Part shown: positions 1-9,722 of the stretch, in pieces | Layout: the number at the start of each line of letters is the position of its first letter | Position numbering within the stretch: the first letter of the stretch is position 1 | Assembly: GCA_029251005.1 (NCBI GenBank) | Contig: JAQXEE010000002.1 | Coordinates: 210 to 64,209, forward strand | DNA: 64,000 nt | From: Flavobacteriales bacterium | GTDB taxonomy: Bacteria > Bacteroidota > Bacteroidia > Flavobacteriales_C > GCA-002722245 | Direction of reading: 5' to 3' | The notes under the pieces: model-generated | What the model was told of the DNA's origin: nothing | Databases searched by the model: none | Seen by the model: the letters and a program-made list of their open reading frames with translations, nothing else | Position numbers and translations under genes: made by a program

Positions 1-36
1 TTGGAACATTTAACTCTTTTATTCGTAAAAAAAATA

Positions 37-705
37 ATGAAAAAATTGTCTCTTATTTTTCTCTTAACAATTAACCTTAACATATATAGCCAAGGATACG
101 ATTTTAAAAAAAAAATATTCGGGTATTCTCTTGATCAAATAACGATGATTACAAACGATGTAGATAGTAGTTTTTACATTGAAGATTTAATCACTAAAAT
201 ATTTTATCCTGATTCAACAGTTACAGATTTAGAAATAGCTTTAGGATACTATGGTTTTGTATTACAACCCGATTACAAGCCGGATAGATATATTGGACTA
301 GAACTAGAGGTGATGCAATTAAATGACAATCAACAATATAAAAGCGCTGCAAAATTTGCAGATTCCCTAGTCACCAACAATCCCACAGGCTTAATGGGTT
401 TAGTTGAATATTCCTATGCCCTACACAGGTTACAAGACACTGTAATGTCTGCTAGATACAGAAAATGTTATGAACGGCTTTGTGATGTTATTTTCAAATC
501 AGGAGATGGGAAGTCAATGGAAACAGCTTACATAATTACCGGGTTAAAAGATATCGAAGTATTAACTCAGTTTAAAAGAATGACCATCACTAAAAGAAAA
601 ACTAAATCAAAAAAGAAACAAACTTTTGAAGTCGTAAGTGTTTTTCAAAGCGGAAAATTAAAGACATTGTATTTCGACACTTCTTTAATCACCGAATTTC
701 GATAA
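37..705 (+). CDS. Exported protein, DUF4919-like
   Basis: ORF track 1..705. ATG at 37 gives a signal-peptide-like start (MKKLSLIFLLTINLNIYSQ). 'YYGFVLQPDYKP' and 'SGDGKSMETAYII' resemble DUF4919 proteins as I recall them. Confidence 0.55.
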   Translation: MKKLSLIFLLTINLNIYSQGYDFKKKIFGYSLDQITMITNDVDSSFYIEDLITKIFYPDSTVTDLEIALGYYGFVLQPDYKPDRYIGLELEVMQLNDNQQYKSAAKFADSLVTNNPTGLMGLVEYSYALHRLQDTVMSARYRKCYERLCDVIFKSGDGKSMETAYIITGLKDIEVLTQFKRMTITKRKTKSKKKQTFEVVSVFQSGKLKTLYFDTSLITEFR

Positions 706-711
706 TTAATT

Positions 712-1779
712 ATGACAAATAATTTAACTATACTTCTATTATTAATTAGCTCTCTACTCAAAGCTCAAAGAGATGTAAAAGTGTTCAAAGAAGATTTTGA
801 CGGAGACGGAAATATAGAAGAGCTTGTTGTTAATTCATATTTAGGAGAAGTCGATTTTGCTTTGCTAACTTATGATGATGGATTAAAAAAATGTACGCTA
901 AACATAAGACCTCAAAAAAAACATCCTTCATTAATTAATACAGTTCCACTTTGTAATGATTTATTACTTCCAAAATACAAGCGAATCACCCAATTTGTAG
1001 ATTCTATAATTTTCAATTCACCAGCCAGTAAGTCACTCGACCCAACATTAGGTTGGGTTTTAGATGTTTATTCAAGTAAAAAAAAATTAAAAAACCATCC
1101 TTATTTTACTTCCTATGCTAGATTTAAACCGAAAATTAAAAAAACACACTATGAATCTCCCACTCCACATCGTTTACTGGTGAAGGGGAAATTAGTAAAA
1201 AAAATAAATAAAATGCATGAAAAATGCGACACAACAACCAAGAGTTGGATCACTTTTGATGCAAATAAATTAACGAAAGCTCGACAAATTACAGAGTTTA
1301 ATTTAGAACCAGTATGGCCTCAATTTATAGATAGTATAAGCTCTATGAGCATCAACAAAACAGGTCACTCAGTTTATTTAGAGAAAGACACTGCTCATCA
1401 AATAATTTTTGTTAGCGACGGTGTATTATTTCAAAATCTACAAAAATTAGAATGGGAATCTATTCAAGAAGTACAACCTTATAAAAATTACTTCTTAATT
1501 CTTACCCATCCTTACCCCGCAATAGAGAATAAGCTTTTCTTAGTAGATTACAAGAAAGGATATGTGTTTGAATTTAGAAATGATGTTTTAATGGACTTTG
1601 AGAACTATTATTACAATATAGAGTCCTTTGAAATAATGGAAGATGAACTATTCCTATTTATCCGTGAATCACCTCAATTTAATGAGATAAAAGAAAAATC
1701 CATCCCCTTCATATTGATAAAAGAAAGCATTAAAACTGTTGATGAAAAACAAGTTACTGAAGCCGGAACTAAAAACTAA
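712..1779 (+). CDS. Hypothetical secreted protein
   Basis: 355-aa ORF with hydrophobic N-terminus and a DxDGDG motif (DFDGDGNIEE, FG-GAP/Ca-binding-like), 6 nt after the previous gene. Confidence 0.7.
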   Translation: MTNNLTILLLLISSLLKAQRDVKVFKEDFDGDGNIEELVVNSYLGEVDFALLTYDDGLKKCTLNIRPQKKHPSLINTVPLCNDLLLPKYKRITQFVDSIIFNSPASKSLDPTLGWVLDVYSSKKKLKNHPYFTSYARFKPKIKKTHYESPTPHRLLVKGKLVKKINKMHEKCDTTTKSWITFDANKLTKARQITEFNLEPVWPQFIDSISSMSINKTGHSVYLEKDTAHQIIFVSDGVLFQNLQKLEWESIQEVQPYKNYFLILTHPYPAIENKLFLVDYKKGYVFEFRNDVLMDFENYYYNIESFEIMEDELFLFIRESPQFNEIKEKSIPFILIKESIKTVDEKQVTEAGTKN

Positions 1780-1807
1780 ACAACCATTTCTTTAATCGTT
1801 AGAAAAC

Positions 1808-1837
1808 AAAAATCCCCCGCCAATGGCGAGGGATTTT
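1808..1837. terminator. Bidirectional intrinsic terminator between convergent genes
   Basis: aaaatccc-c-cgcca-a-tggcg-a-gggatttt inverted repeat flanked by A and T tracts. Confidence 0.8.
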
Positions 1838-1861
1838 ATATTTAAACTCTATATTCTAGAA

Positions 1862-3760
1862 TTATTTCACTTCTTCGAAGTCTACATCAGTTACTTCTTC
1901 GTTTGCATCAGCTTGATCACCTGCTTCAGGAGCAGCACCACCAGCTTGTTGATCTTGAGCGTAAGCTGCCTGAACATCTTCTTGAATTGCTTGTAAAGCA
2001 TTGTTCACACTTTCAGTAGCAGCATCGATTTGAGGAACGTCTTGAGCAGCATGTGCTTTTTTCAATTCTTCAACAGCAGCAGTTACAGGCTCTAATTTAG
2101 CAGCATCAACTTTGTCTTTAATTTCTTCTAATTGCTTTTCAACTTGGAAAATTAAGCTATCAGCTGCATTTACCTTATCTACTAGATCCTTAGCAATTTT
2201 ATCAGACTCAGCATGCTCATCAGCCTCTCTCTTCATTTTTTCGATATCCTCGTCAGATAACCCAGATGAAGCTTCAATTCTAATCGCTTGCTCTTTTCCT
2301 GTTTTTAATTCTTTAGCGGAAACATTTAAGATACCATTTGCATCTACATCAAAAGTAACTTCAATTTGAGGTTCACCTCTTCTCATTGGAGGAATACCAT
2401 CTAAATGGAATCGACCTAAAGATTTGTTATCCTTCGCCATTGGTCTTTGACCTTGAACGATATTAATTTCAACAGATGGTTGATTATCAGCAGCAGTAGA
2501 ATATGTTTCCTTTTTGTTTGTAGGAATAGTTGTGTTTGCTTCAATCATGTGAGTTGCAACACCTCCCATAGTTTCAATTCCTAATGATAAAGGAATTACA
2601 TCTAACAATAATACATCCTTAACATCTCCACTTAAAACACCACCTTGAATAGCTGCTCCAATTGCAACAACCTCATCAGGATTAACTCCTTTAGATGCTT
2701 CTTTTTTGAAAAAAGCTTTTACGGCATCCTGAATTGCAGGAATACGAGTAGATCCACCAACTAAAATAACTTCATCAATTTCACTAATGTCCATTCCAGC
2801 ATTCTTAAGCGCTGATTTACACGGTTCAATAGTTCTTTTAATTAAGCTGTCTGCCAATTGCTCAAATTTCGCTCTAGTTAAAGATCTAACTAAGTGCTTA
2901 GGAATACCATCAACTGGCATAATATAAGGTAAGTTAATCTCAGTTGAAGTAGACGATGATAATTCAATCTTCGCTTTCTCAGCAGCTTCTTTTAATCTTT
3001 GAAGTGCCATTGGATCTTTTTTCAAGTCGATGTTTTCATCATTCTTAAATTCTTGAGCCAACCAGTCAATAAGGACTTGATCAAAATCATCTCCACCTAA
3101 GTGAGTGTCTCCATCAGTAGCTTTCACTTCAAATACACCATCTCCTAATTCAAGAACAGATACATCATGAGTACCACCTCCACAATCAAAAACAACAATA
3201 TTTAAATCCTCACCTTTCTTGTCCATACCATAAGCTAAAGCAGCTGCAGTAGGTTCGTTAATGATTCTTCTTACTGTCAAACCTGCAATTTCACCAGCTT
3301 CTTTAGTAGCTTGTCTTTGCGAATCGTTAAAGTATGCTGGTACAGTAATAACTGCCTCAGTAATATCAGTTCCTAAGAAATCTTTAGCAGTAGACTTCAT
3401 TTTTTGAAGAATCATTGCTGAAAGCTCTTGAGGAGTGTAATTTCTGTCCTCAATTTTCACTCTTGGTGTATTATTATCACCTTTGATTACCTCGTAAGGT
3501 ACTCTGTCGATATCCTGAGCAACTTGATCATAACTAGATCCCATAAAACGCTTAATGGAAGCGATTGTTTTTGTTGGGTTAGTAATAGCCTGACGCTTTG
3601 CAGGATCTCCAATTTTTCTTTCTCCGTCACCTGTAAATGCAACAATCGAAGGAGTTGTTCTTTTTCCTTCACTGTTCGAAATTACAACTGGCTCCGAACC
3701 TTCCATAACTGCAACACACGAATTCGTTGTTCCTAAGTCAATTCCAATAATCTTACTCAT
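1862..3760 (-). CDS. dnaK: Molecular chaperone DnaK (Hsp70)
   Basis: [47 protein letters not shown] signatures; 632 aa. Confidence 0.99.
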   Translation of the reverse strand: MSKIIGIDLGTTNSCVAVMEGSEPVVISNSEGKRTTPSIVAFTGDGERKIGDPAKRQAITNPTKTIASIKRFMGSSYDQVAQDIDRVPYEVIKGDNNTPRVKIEDRNYTPQELSAMILQKMKSTAKDFLGTDITEAVITVPAYFNDSQRQATKEAGEIAGLTVRRIINEPTAAALAYGMDKKGEDLNIVVFDCGGGTHDVSVLELGDGVFEVKATDGDTHLGGDDFDQVLIDWLAQEFKNDENIDLKKDPMALQRLKEAAEKAKIELSSSTSTEINLPYIMPVDGIPKHLVRSLTRAKFEQLADSLIKRTIEPCKSALKNAGMDISEIDEVILVGGSTRIPAIQDAVKAFFKKEASKGVNPDEVVAIGAAIQGGVLSGDVKDVLLLDVIPLSLGIETMGGVATHMIEANTTIPTNKKETYSTAADNQPSVEINIVQGQRPMAKDNKSLGRFHLDGIPPMRRGEPQIEVTFDVDANGILNVSAKELKTGKEQAIRIEASSGLSDEDIEKMKREADEHAESDKIAKDLVDKVNAADSLIFQVEKQLEEIKDKVDAAKLEPVTAAVEELKKAHAAQDVPQIDAATESVNNALQAIQEDVQAAYAQDQQAGGAAPEAGDQADANEEVTDVDFEEVK

Positions 3761-3811
3761 CGTACTTAATTTATATTATTAACTAATAAATTCCTATTTG
3801 AAATCTCTTTG

Positions 3812-3827
3812 TTCAATCTGCGTGCCA
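3812..3827 (-). promoter_or_regulatory. Candidate sigma54-type -24/-12 promoter of dnaK
   Basis: Minus strand TGGCACG-CAGA-TTGAA versus consensus TGGCACG-N4-TTGC(A/T), about 52 nt upstream of the ATG. The same layout occurs upstream of clpB. Confidence 0.6.
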
Positions 3828-3849
3828 TTAGGATATTTTCATTTTCTGG

Positions 3850-3925
3850 TGTCTGATTGGCACTTTCCTAAACTATTTTTTTATCAACTGTCAGTAATTA
3901 TGACAATATTTCCGAAAGCTTGACA
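3850..3925. promoter_or_regulatory. Cluster of TG(A/T/G)CA half-sites upstream of dnaK
   Basis: TGTCT-gat-TGGCA (3850-3862), TGTCA-gtaatta-TGACA (3889-3905), TGACA (3921-3925). Confidence 0.4.
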
Positions 3926-4056
3926 ACTATTAAGGTATTCCATATGGCACTAATCAAAAGAACAACATTACTTCCAATATTGTTTATTAATAACAAGTAA
4001 AAAAGGTACTAGGTCACTAATGAATTATTTAAATTAGTAAACATAAAACAAATGCT

Positions 4057-4818
4057 ATGAAGTTAATATCTTGGAACGTCAACGGAATAAGAGCGGTAAT
4101 GAAAAAAGAATTCATGGACTCTTTTAAATCAATGAACCCTGATGTATTATGTTTACAAGAAACAAAAGCGCAAGACGATCAGGTTTTAGAAGCTTTAAAA
4201 GAAATTGAAGGTTACCATATATATACGAACTCAGCCGAGAAAAAAGGATATTCAAGCACTGCAATTATTTCCAAAAAAAAACCCATCTCTATTAATTATG
4301 GATTAGGCATTGAAAAACATGATAACGAAGGAAGGGTTATTACAGCTGAATACGACGATTTCTATCTCGTTACAGCATACGTGCCCAACTCTCAAAACGG
4401 CTTAAAAAGATTAGATTATAGAATAGAATGGGATGTCGATATAAAAGCATACCTCCAAAAATTGGATAAAAAGAAACCTGTTGCTTTTTGTGGAGATTTG
4501 AATGTAATACACACCGAAATGGATATTAAGAACTACAAAAGCAATTACAATAAATCTCCTGGTTGTACTCAAAAGGAAATCGATGGATTAGAAGCTTTTT
4601 TAAATGATGGTTTTACAGATACCTTTAGAGCTTTACACCCTGAAGAAGTTAAGTATAGCTGGTGGAGTTACCGCTTTAATAGTCGTGAAAAAAACACAGG
4701 TTGGCGCTTGGATTATTTCTTAACAAGTGATCGAATTTTAAACAACGTTAAAACAGCTGAAATTCATAACAATATATTCGGATCAGATCATTGTCCGGTA
4801 AGTATAACACTGGCATAA
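4057..4818 (+). CDS. xth: Exodeoxyribonuclease III (AP endonuclease)
   Basis: ISWNVNGIRA, LCLQETKA, YVPNS, GDLNV, YSWWSYR, GWRLDYF, GSDHCP. Confidence 0.97.
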   Translation: MKLISWNVNGIRAVMKKEFMDSFKSMNPDVLCLQETKAQDDQVLEALKEIEGYHIYTNSAEKKGYSSTAIISKKKPISINYGLGIEKHDNEGRVITAEYDDFYLVTAYVPNSQNGLKRLDYRIEWDVDIKAYLQKLDKKKPVAFCGDLNVIHTEMDIKNYKSNYNKSPGCTQKEIDGLEAFLNDGFTDTFRALHPEEVKYSWWSYRFNSREKNTGWRLDYFLTSDRILNNVKTAEIHNNIFGSDHCPVSITLA

Positions 4819-4879
4819 ATGTGACTTTACGGTATGATTAGTGTTAAGTATTTAAGAGCTGCCTTCAACCTGCCAAATT

Positions 4880-7231
4880 ATGAAATCAACTTTACTCCTG
4901 TTAACCTTTCTTTTAGCGTTTAAAGCAAACGCAAATTACGACGTAATCATTCAAGTATATGATAATAAAGGTCAGCAGGCTAGGAATCTCCCAGTAGTGC
5001 TAATCGAAAAGGATTCCAAAAAAGCACATCGTTACTTCACCAACTCTTTTGGAAAAGTATCGATAGTACTAACACCTGGTAAATGGAGTGTGAACATCAA
5101 TACAATGAAGCGGTGTCAATTCATTGAAGTTCCTGAAAAAGGAAGCGGTGCTTTAAATTTCATGATTACATATGACCCTAAACATTGGGCGAGACTGAAC
5201 CGCCCAGTTGTAAATCGATCAAGCATAAACTTCCAAACATTCAATCAAAGTAAGCTTAAGAAAAAAGAAAGACCCAAAATAGGGCATTCCTTTGTTAAAC
5301 TAGAACTAAAACAACTCAACAAAAAAGGATTAGCAAACTTCCCTGTCACAATTACCTGCTATAACACAAAGTCACAATTCCAATCGAAAACAAATAAAAA
5401 TGGAGAAGTTTTGTTTGAAGTTCCAAACGAAAACGATTATGAAATTGATTTAGAAAGGAATGAAAGCTTCTCCTATGTTGATATTGGTAAAAGAAGTGGA
5501 CTTTTCACTAAAAAGTTCACTTACCAACCACTTCAAATAAATGAAAATGAGCTTAATGACACCATTACGCAAGAAATACCAATAGCAGATAACAAGTTTG
5601 CATCTTCTGCTAGAGCCTTTTTAAAATTAAGAGTCAAGAATTACAACGATGACATGGAAGGTGAACCTGTTTATTTAAAAATGTTAAAGTCTAATAAAGT
5701 TTACAAGTCTAAAGTCAGAAAAGACGGTCAAGCTCTTTTCATGCTTCCACTACATCGTCGTTACATGATTGAAACTAACTACAAAAAAGCAATCGATGTG
5801 ATTGATTATATGGATTGTAAGGTTCAAAGCATCGTTAGAAGTGAAGATATGTTCACTTTCGACTTAAACTACAAAGTAAAGTTCCCCGAACGATATTTAC
5901 CTCAAAACAAAAACGACTATACTGAATTTTCATCAGAAATTTTCAAACCAAAAACGCACGATCAAGCGTTAGAATACTTTAACCTCTTTTTACAAAAACA
6001 ATATCCAGAACCAACTGGGAAAGAAAGTTTTGGAGCTTATTTAAAATGGGCAACCCCAGAAATTAATGAAAACTCAAAAGAAGCCCTTTTGGAAGTTGGC
6101 TTTGTAGCAAAAGAAATATCAAGCCTTAGCGACATCCCCAAAAGAACCAAACCAATAAACATCTCCTTTGTAATTGATTTAAGTGGGTCGATGGCAGGAG
6201 AAGAAAGATTAGAAGGTGTAAAAAAAGCACTTAAAAAAATACTAAAGCAGTTTCAACCTAATGATATTGTTTCCATCACTACTTTTAACAGAAGTGCTAC
6301 AGTAGTTGTTCCCGCAAATACAATGAGTAAACAAAAACTTATTTACGATATAATTGATGACCTAAGAGCAGGTGGTGGAACAAACATTTATGAAGGTTTA
6401 AAATCAGGGTATCCTCAATTGGAAAAAAATAAAATAGCCAACGCTACCAACAGGTTAGTTTTGCTAACCGATGGATACGGATCAACACCAGTTGAAAAAC
6501 TCATTTCACACACTAAAACTTATCACACAAAAGGATTTGAATGCTTGGCTATTGGTGTAGGAAGTGGTTACAACGAGGCACTAATTAGTCAGTTAGCAAC
6601 GGCTGGCGGAGGTTTAATGTACTTTGGGGGGAACTCAAATAAGCTGAATAATGTTTTTATAAAAGAGTTTTTTAGTACTACAGTTCCATTTGCCGAACAA
6701 GCTTCAATCGAAGTGTATTACAAAAAACAATTGGTTTGGAAACAGTTATACGGTAATACCGCTACCCTTACTCAGGGAAAAGCAAACTTATCTTTAGCAA
6801 ACCTTTACCCAGGAGTTAATAAACTAATGCTAATCAAGTTTGACTTAAACAATCCAACCAAAGAAATCGAAAAGTCCCCTGTCAGGGTAATCATGAAATA
6901 TAAAGACTTACAAAGCGGAAAATCCCAAATTGTAAAAAAAGAGGAGCGACTAAAATGGAAACCTTCGGACGGCTCTAGTGATTACCTAGTAGAAATGAAT
7001 AAAAAAAGAATTCAGGCTGTTGCCACAATGAATCAGGCGCTAAAAGTAATGGCTCAACAACATTCTTCAGGAAATAGCAAAGCAGCCCATCAAACACTTA
7101 TTTTCACCAGGAATCAAATCAAAAAAATATTTCCGAATGCAGTTGAAAAAGATATTTATTCAATGCTAGCGGTAATGGATGATTATGTTAAGACATTTGA
7201 ACTCTTTTTTAACAAAAAAAACGCTGAATAA
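4880..7231 (+). CDS. Secreted VWA-domain protein with N-terminal repeated beta-sandwich domains
   Basis: Signal peptide; MIDAS DLSGS...GGGTN...LLTDG; YfbK-like C-terminal region; three 'TNxxG'-type repeats in the N-terminal half. Confidence 0.8.
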   Translation: MKSTLLLLTFLLAFKANANYDVIIQVYDNKGQQARNLPVVLIEKDSKKAHRYFTNSFGKVSIVLTPGKWSVNINTMKRCQFIEVPEKGSGALNFMITYDPKHWARLNRPVVNRSSINFQTFNQSKLKKKERPKIGHSFVKLELKQLNKKGLANFPVTITCYNTKSQFQSKTNKNGEVLFEVPNENDYEIDLERNESFSYVDIGKRSGLFTKKFTYQPLQINENELNDTITQEIPIADNKFASSARAFLKLRVKNYNDDMEGEPVYLKMLKSNKVYKSKVRKDGQALFMLPLHRRYMIETNYKKAIDVIDYMDCKVQSIVRSEDMFTFDLNYKVKFPERYLPQNKNDYTEFSSEIFKPKTHDQALEYFNLFLQKQYPEPTGKESFGAYLKWATPEINENSKEALLEVGFVAKEISSLSDIPKRTKPINISFVIDLSGSMAGEERLEGVKKALKKILKQFQPNDIVSITTFNRSATVVVPANTMSKQKLIYDIIDDLRAGGGTNIYEGLKSGYPQLEKNKIANATNRLVLLTDGYGSTPVEKLISHTKTYHTKGFECLAIGVGSGYNEALISQLATAGGGLMYFGGNSNKLNNVFIKEFFSTTVPFAEQASIEVYYKKQLVWKQLYGNTATLTQGKANLSLANLYPGVNKLMLIKFDLNNPTKEIEKSPVRVIMKYKDLQSGKSQIVKKEERLKWKPSDGSSDYLVEMNKKRIQAVATMNQALKVMAQQHSSGNSKAAHQTLIFTRNQIKKIFPNAVEKDIYSMLAVMDDYVKTFELFFNKKNAE

Positions 7232-7241
7232 AATTAATTTC

Positions 7242-7280
7242 AAAACTTCAGGATGAACCATTAGTTCACCCCGAGGTTTT
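7242..7280 (+). terminator. Possible terminator hairpin after the VWA gene
   Basis: aaaac-ttc-agg-a-tgaac/gttca-c-ccc-gag-gtttt imperfect stem ending in a T tract. Confidence 0.4.
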
Positions 7281-7352
7281 AAGCTCAAAGAAAGGAAAAA
7301 AACTTAATTATAGCTGCTACTTAGGTGGTTTTGTTACCTCTGCATTTAAACC

Positions 7353-7360
7353 TACCTTTG
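7353..7360 (+). promoter_or_regulatory. Bacteroidota -7 element (TAnnTTTG)
   Basis: TACCTTTG, then agac, then the ATG at 7365. Confidence 0.6.
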
Positions 7361-7364
7361 AGAC

Positions 7365-7979
7365 ATGAGCAAGAACCTCGAAATCGTCCAAAATCTATAC
7401 AACTATATCGAAGCCAAAGAATTTGAAAATATCCGTCCATTATTCCACAAAAACATAAAGTGGAATCAAATGAAAGGATTAATCAATGGCGGAAATTATG
7501 TAGGAGCTGATGAAGTTTTTCAATACGTTTTTACTGAGTTTGAAAATGAATGGGCTGATTGGAAAACTGAGGTTAAAGAATTTTTGGAGGTTGGTGACGA
7601 TGTTATTACTGTAGGATCTTACTCCGGAACATTTAAAAAGTCGGGTAAAAAGATGGAAGCTGAGTTTATGCACAGATATACGCTAAATGCCGGAGCAGTT
7701 ACGATATTCCAACAATACACCGATACTGGTTTGTTCGCAAAAGCAATGAAAGGTGCTAAAACACAAGCTCAATTAAACAACCCTCTTCACGGAATTAGCT
7801 TAAAAGAGATATTAGAGTATTTACTTGCAGAGTATGACTGGGATGGTTTAGCAAGACGTGTTAATATTAATTGCTTTAAAAGTAACCAGACAATTAATTC
7901 TAGTTTGAATTTTTTAAGAAAGTATGATTGGGCAAGGGAGGAAGTTGAATTCCTTTACATCAAATCAATCAAAAACTAG
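7365..7979 (+). CDS. SnoaL/NTF2-like domain fused to a VF530 (DUF2132)-like domain
   Basis: N-terminal ~135 aa SnoaL-like (WNQMKG..GGNYVG.DEV, GSYSGTFKKSGK, FQQYTDT). C-terminal NNPLHGISLKEILEYL...INCFKSN..I.SSLNFLRK..WAREEVE matches VF530. Confidence 0.8.
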   Translation: MSKNLEIVQNLYNYIEAKEFENIRPLFHKNIKWNQMKGLINGGNYVGADEVFQYVFTEFENEWADWKTEVKEFLEVGDDVITVGSYSGTFKKSGKKMEAEFMHRYTLNAGAVTIFQQYTDTGLFAKAMKGAKTQAQLNNPLHGISLKEILEYLLAEYDWDGLARRVNINCFKSNQTINSSLNFLRKYDWAREEVEFLYIKSIKN

Positions 7980-8005
7980 TTTCATTTTACTCACCAGATA
8001 TCATT

Positions 8006-8884
8006 ATGGAATTACATCCAAGAAACAAGCATAAAGGAACTTACGATTTTATTGAGTTAACATTTAGGTTACCTGAATTAAAACAATACGTTCGCCCTAA
8101 CAAATACGGGAACGATTCGATTGATTTTTCAGATGCAAACGCTGTTAAAACTTTAAATAAAGCCTTATTAAAATCGTATTACAAAATTGATTTTTGGGAT
8201 ATTCCAGATGGTTTTTTAGTTCCACCAATTCCAGGGAGAGGTGACTATATTCACAACATTGCCGATTTACTAAAAGAAAGAACTGGTGAAGAAGTTAAAG
8301 TTTTAGATATCGGAACAGGCTCTAGTTTAATTTACCCAATTATCGGAAACAGAGAATACGGTTGGTCATTCATCGCTACTGAAATTGATGAGGAATCAAT
8401 GGCTTCTGCTCAGCAAATTATAGACAAAAATAAAAAGCTTAAAAACATAGAAGTTCGTCATCAAAAAAATCCAAGAGATATCTTTTTAGGAGCTTTGAAA
8501 TCGAATGAATTTGTAGATGTAACGATCTGTAACCCTCCATTCCACGCAAGTATTGAAGAAGCGCGAAAAGGAACGCTAAGAAAACTACGTAACCTGAATA
8601 AGGGGAAAACATTTAGAAAAGCAGAATTGAACTTTGGAGGGAAAGGAAATGAACTTTGGACTGAAGGTGGTGAAAAGCAATTCATTTTCAACATGATTCG
8701 TCAAAGTATTCGATTTGCAGAAAACGTAGGTTGGTTTACAGTTTTGGTTTCAAAAGAATCAATTGTACCTGCCATTATTTCCAGCCTAAAAGCCAATGGT
8801 GCCAAATCAAAAATCATAGAAATGGGACAAGGAAATAAGAAAAGTAGAATCATTTGCTGGAGGTTTAGTAAGAAAGTTAATTAA
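8006..8884 (+). CDS. rlmF: 23S rRNA (adenine1618-N6)-methyltransferase
   Basis: LHPRNKH, LVPPIPGRGDYIH, VLDIGTG, CNPPFH, LNFGG..NELWTEGGE, MGQGNKKSR. Confidence 0.95.
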   Translation: MELHPRNKHKGTYDFIELTFRLPELKQYVRPNKYGNDSIDFSDANAVKTLNKALLKSYYKIDFWDIPDGFLVPPIPGRGDYIHNIADLLKERTGEEVKVLDIGTGSSLIYPIIGNREYGWSFIATEIDEESMASAQQIIDKNKKLKNIEVRHQKNPRDIFLGALKSNEFVDVTICNPPFHASIEEARKGTLRKLRNLNKGKTFRKAELNFGGKGNELWTEGGEKQFIFNMIRQSIRFAENVGWFTVLVSKESIVPAIISSLKANGAKSKIIEMGQGNKKSRIICWRFSKKVN

Positions 8885-9255
8885 TGGCAAATATTGAAAT
8901 AGAAACGGCTTGGGAAAATGGACTTAATTCAGAGGCTCCGTTATTCCCTGCTTGGTTTTGTTTTAAAAGCCCTTATGAATTGTACAATTTTTCACTTTGT
9001 ACATCTGTAGATCTTATTTTAAATGGATCAAAAGACCTAATGCAACTACCCGATCCGTCGGAAAGAATCATTGATTCCAATGGAGATCTTTTCAAATTAG
9101 TCCAATCTAATAATATTATTACGCCAAAAAAAGAAGGGAAAATTACTTTTGACATGTTTAAAGAAATTATACAATCGGTAGATCCTGAAGAACTCAATAC
9201 TTTTGTACCGCTTGATCAAATTGAAGACTTTATTAAAATAAACAAAATCGCTTAA
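8884..9255 (+). CDS. Hypothetical protein
   Basis: 123-aa ORF coupled to rlmF by a TAATG overlap; no family recognised. Confidence 0.6.
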   Translation: MANIEIETAWENGLNSEAPLFPAWFCFKSPYELYNFSLCTSVDLILNGSKDLMQLPDPSERIIDSNGDLFKLVQSNNIITPKKEGKITFDMFKEIIQSVDPEELNTFVPLDQIEDFIKINKIA

Positions 9256-9590
9256 AAGTCTTGTATACCGTTTTTTAGATTAAGTAAACCTGAAGGATAA
9301 CCAGCTCCCTTTAAAAGGTCTATAGCTGCTAAACTTCTAATTCCCATTTTGCAATAAACAACCAATTTCTTATCTACAGGGATTTCATTAACCCTCATCA
9401 ACAACTCGTCTAAAGGAATATGCAAACCACCTATGTTAAATTGCTCTCTTTCCAAGTAGGTCCGAACATCGAGTAAACTAAACTCGCTTAAATATTCGCG
9501 AACGATTGCTGCCGTTACTTCTCCTTTTAATAATTTAATTTGAGCATCATCTAATGATGAATTCCTTTTTCCTTCTGTAGATAAACTCAT
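9252..9590 (-). CDS. Rhodanese-like domain protein
   Basis: LLDVR..E......IGGLHIPL, active-site loop VVYCKMGIRS; resembles the C-terminal domain of MoeZ. TAATTTTG -7 element upstream (about 9618-9625). Confidence 0.85.
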   Translation of the reverse strand: MSLSTEGKRNSSLDDAQIKLLKGEVTAAIVREYLSEFSLLDVRTYLEREQFNIGGLHIPLDELLMRVNEIPVDKKLVVYCKMGIRSLAAIDLLKGAGYPSGLLNLKNGIQDF

Positions 9591-9670
9591 AATTATACTA
9601 GTTCTAATTCTATGTGCACAAAATTAAGTAATCCATCTTCAGTTTTAACGCTCTAAAAAATTAAAACAAT

Positions 9671-9706
9671 AAAAAAAGCCAAGTAAAACATGTTCACTTG
9701 GCCTTT
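9671..9706 (-). terminator. Intrinsic terminator after the TonB-dependent receptor
   Basis: gccaagt...acttggc stem followed by a 7-U tract on the minus strand. Confidence 0.7.
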
Positions 9707-9722
9707 AAAAAAATAAATATTT

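Noticed and set aside
2112-3736. Short ORFs antisense to or out of frame within dnaK (2112..2369, 3428..3736, 3487..3672)
   Set aside because: They are shadow frames of a highly conserved gene, with no motifs or independent promoters. The same applies to the other 60-130-aa track ORFs nested in clpB, serA, recF, the TBDRs, the chitinase, kdsA and the kinases.
3761-4056. CIRCE/HrcA or CtsR boxes upstream of dnaK and clpB
   Set aside because: No TTAGCACTC-N9-GAGTGCTAA or GGTCAAA heptad repeats were found. The 13505-13527 palindrome has a 9-nt spacer but the wrong arms.
9252-9590. Rhodanese as part of the TPP-regulated thiamine operon
   Set aside because: It is separated from the receptor by a terminator (9671-9706), has its own -7 element, and no thiS/thiF/thiG genes are nearby.
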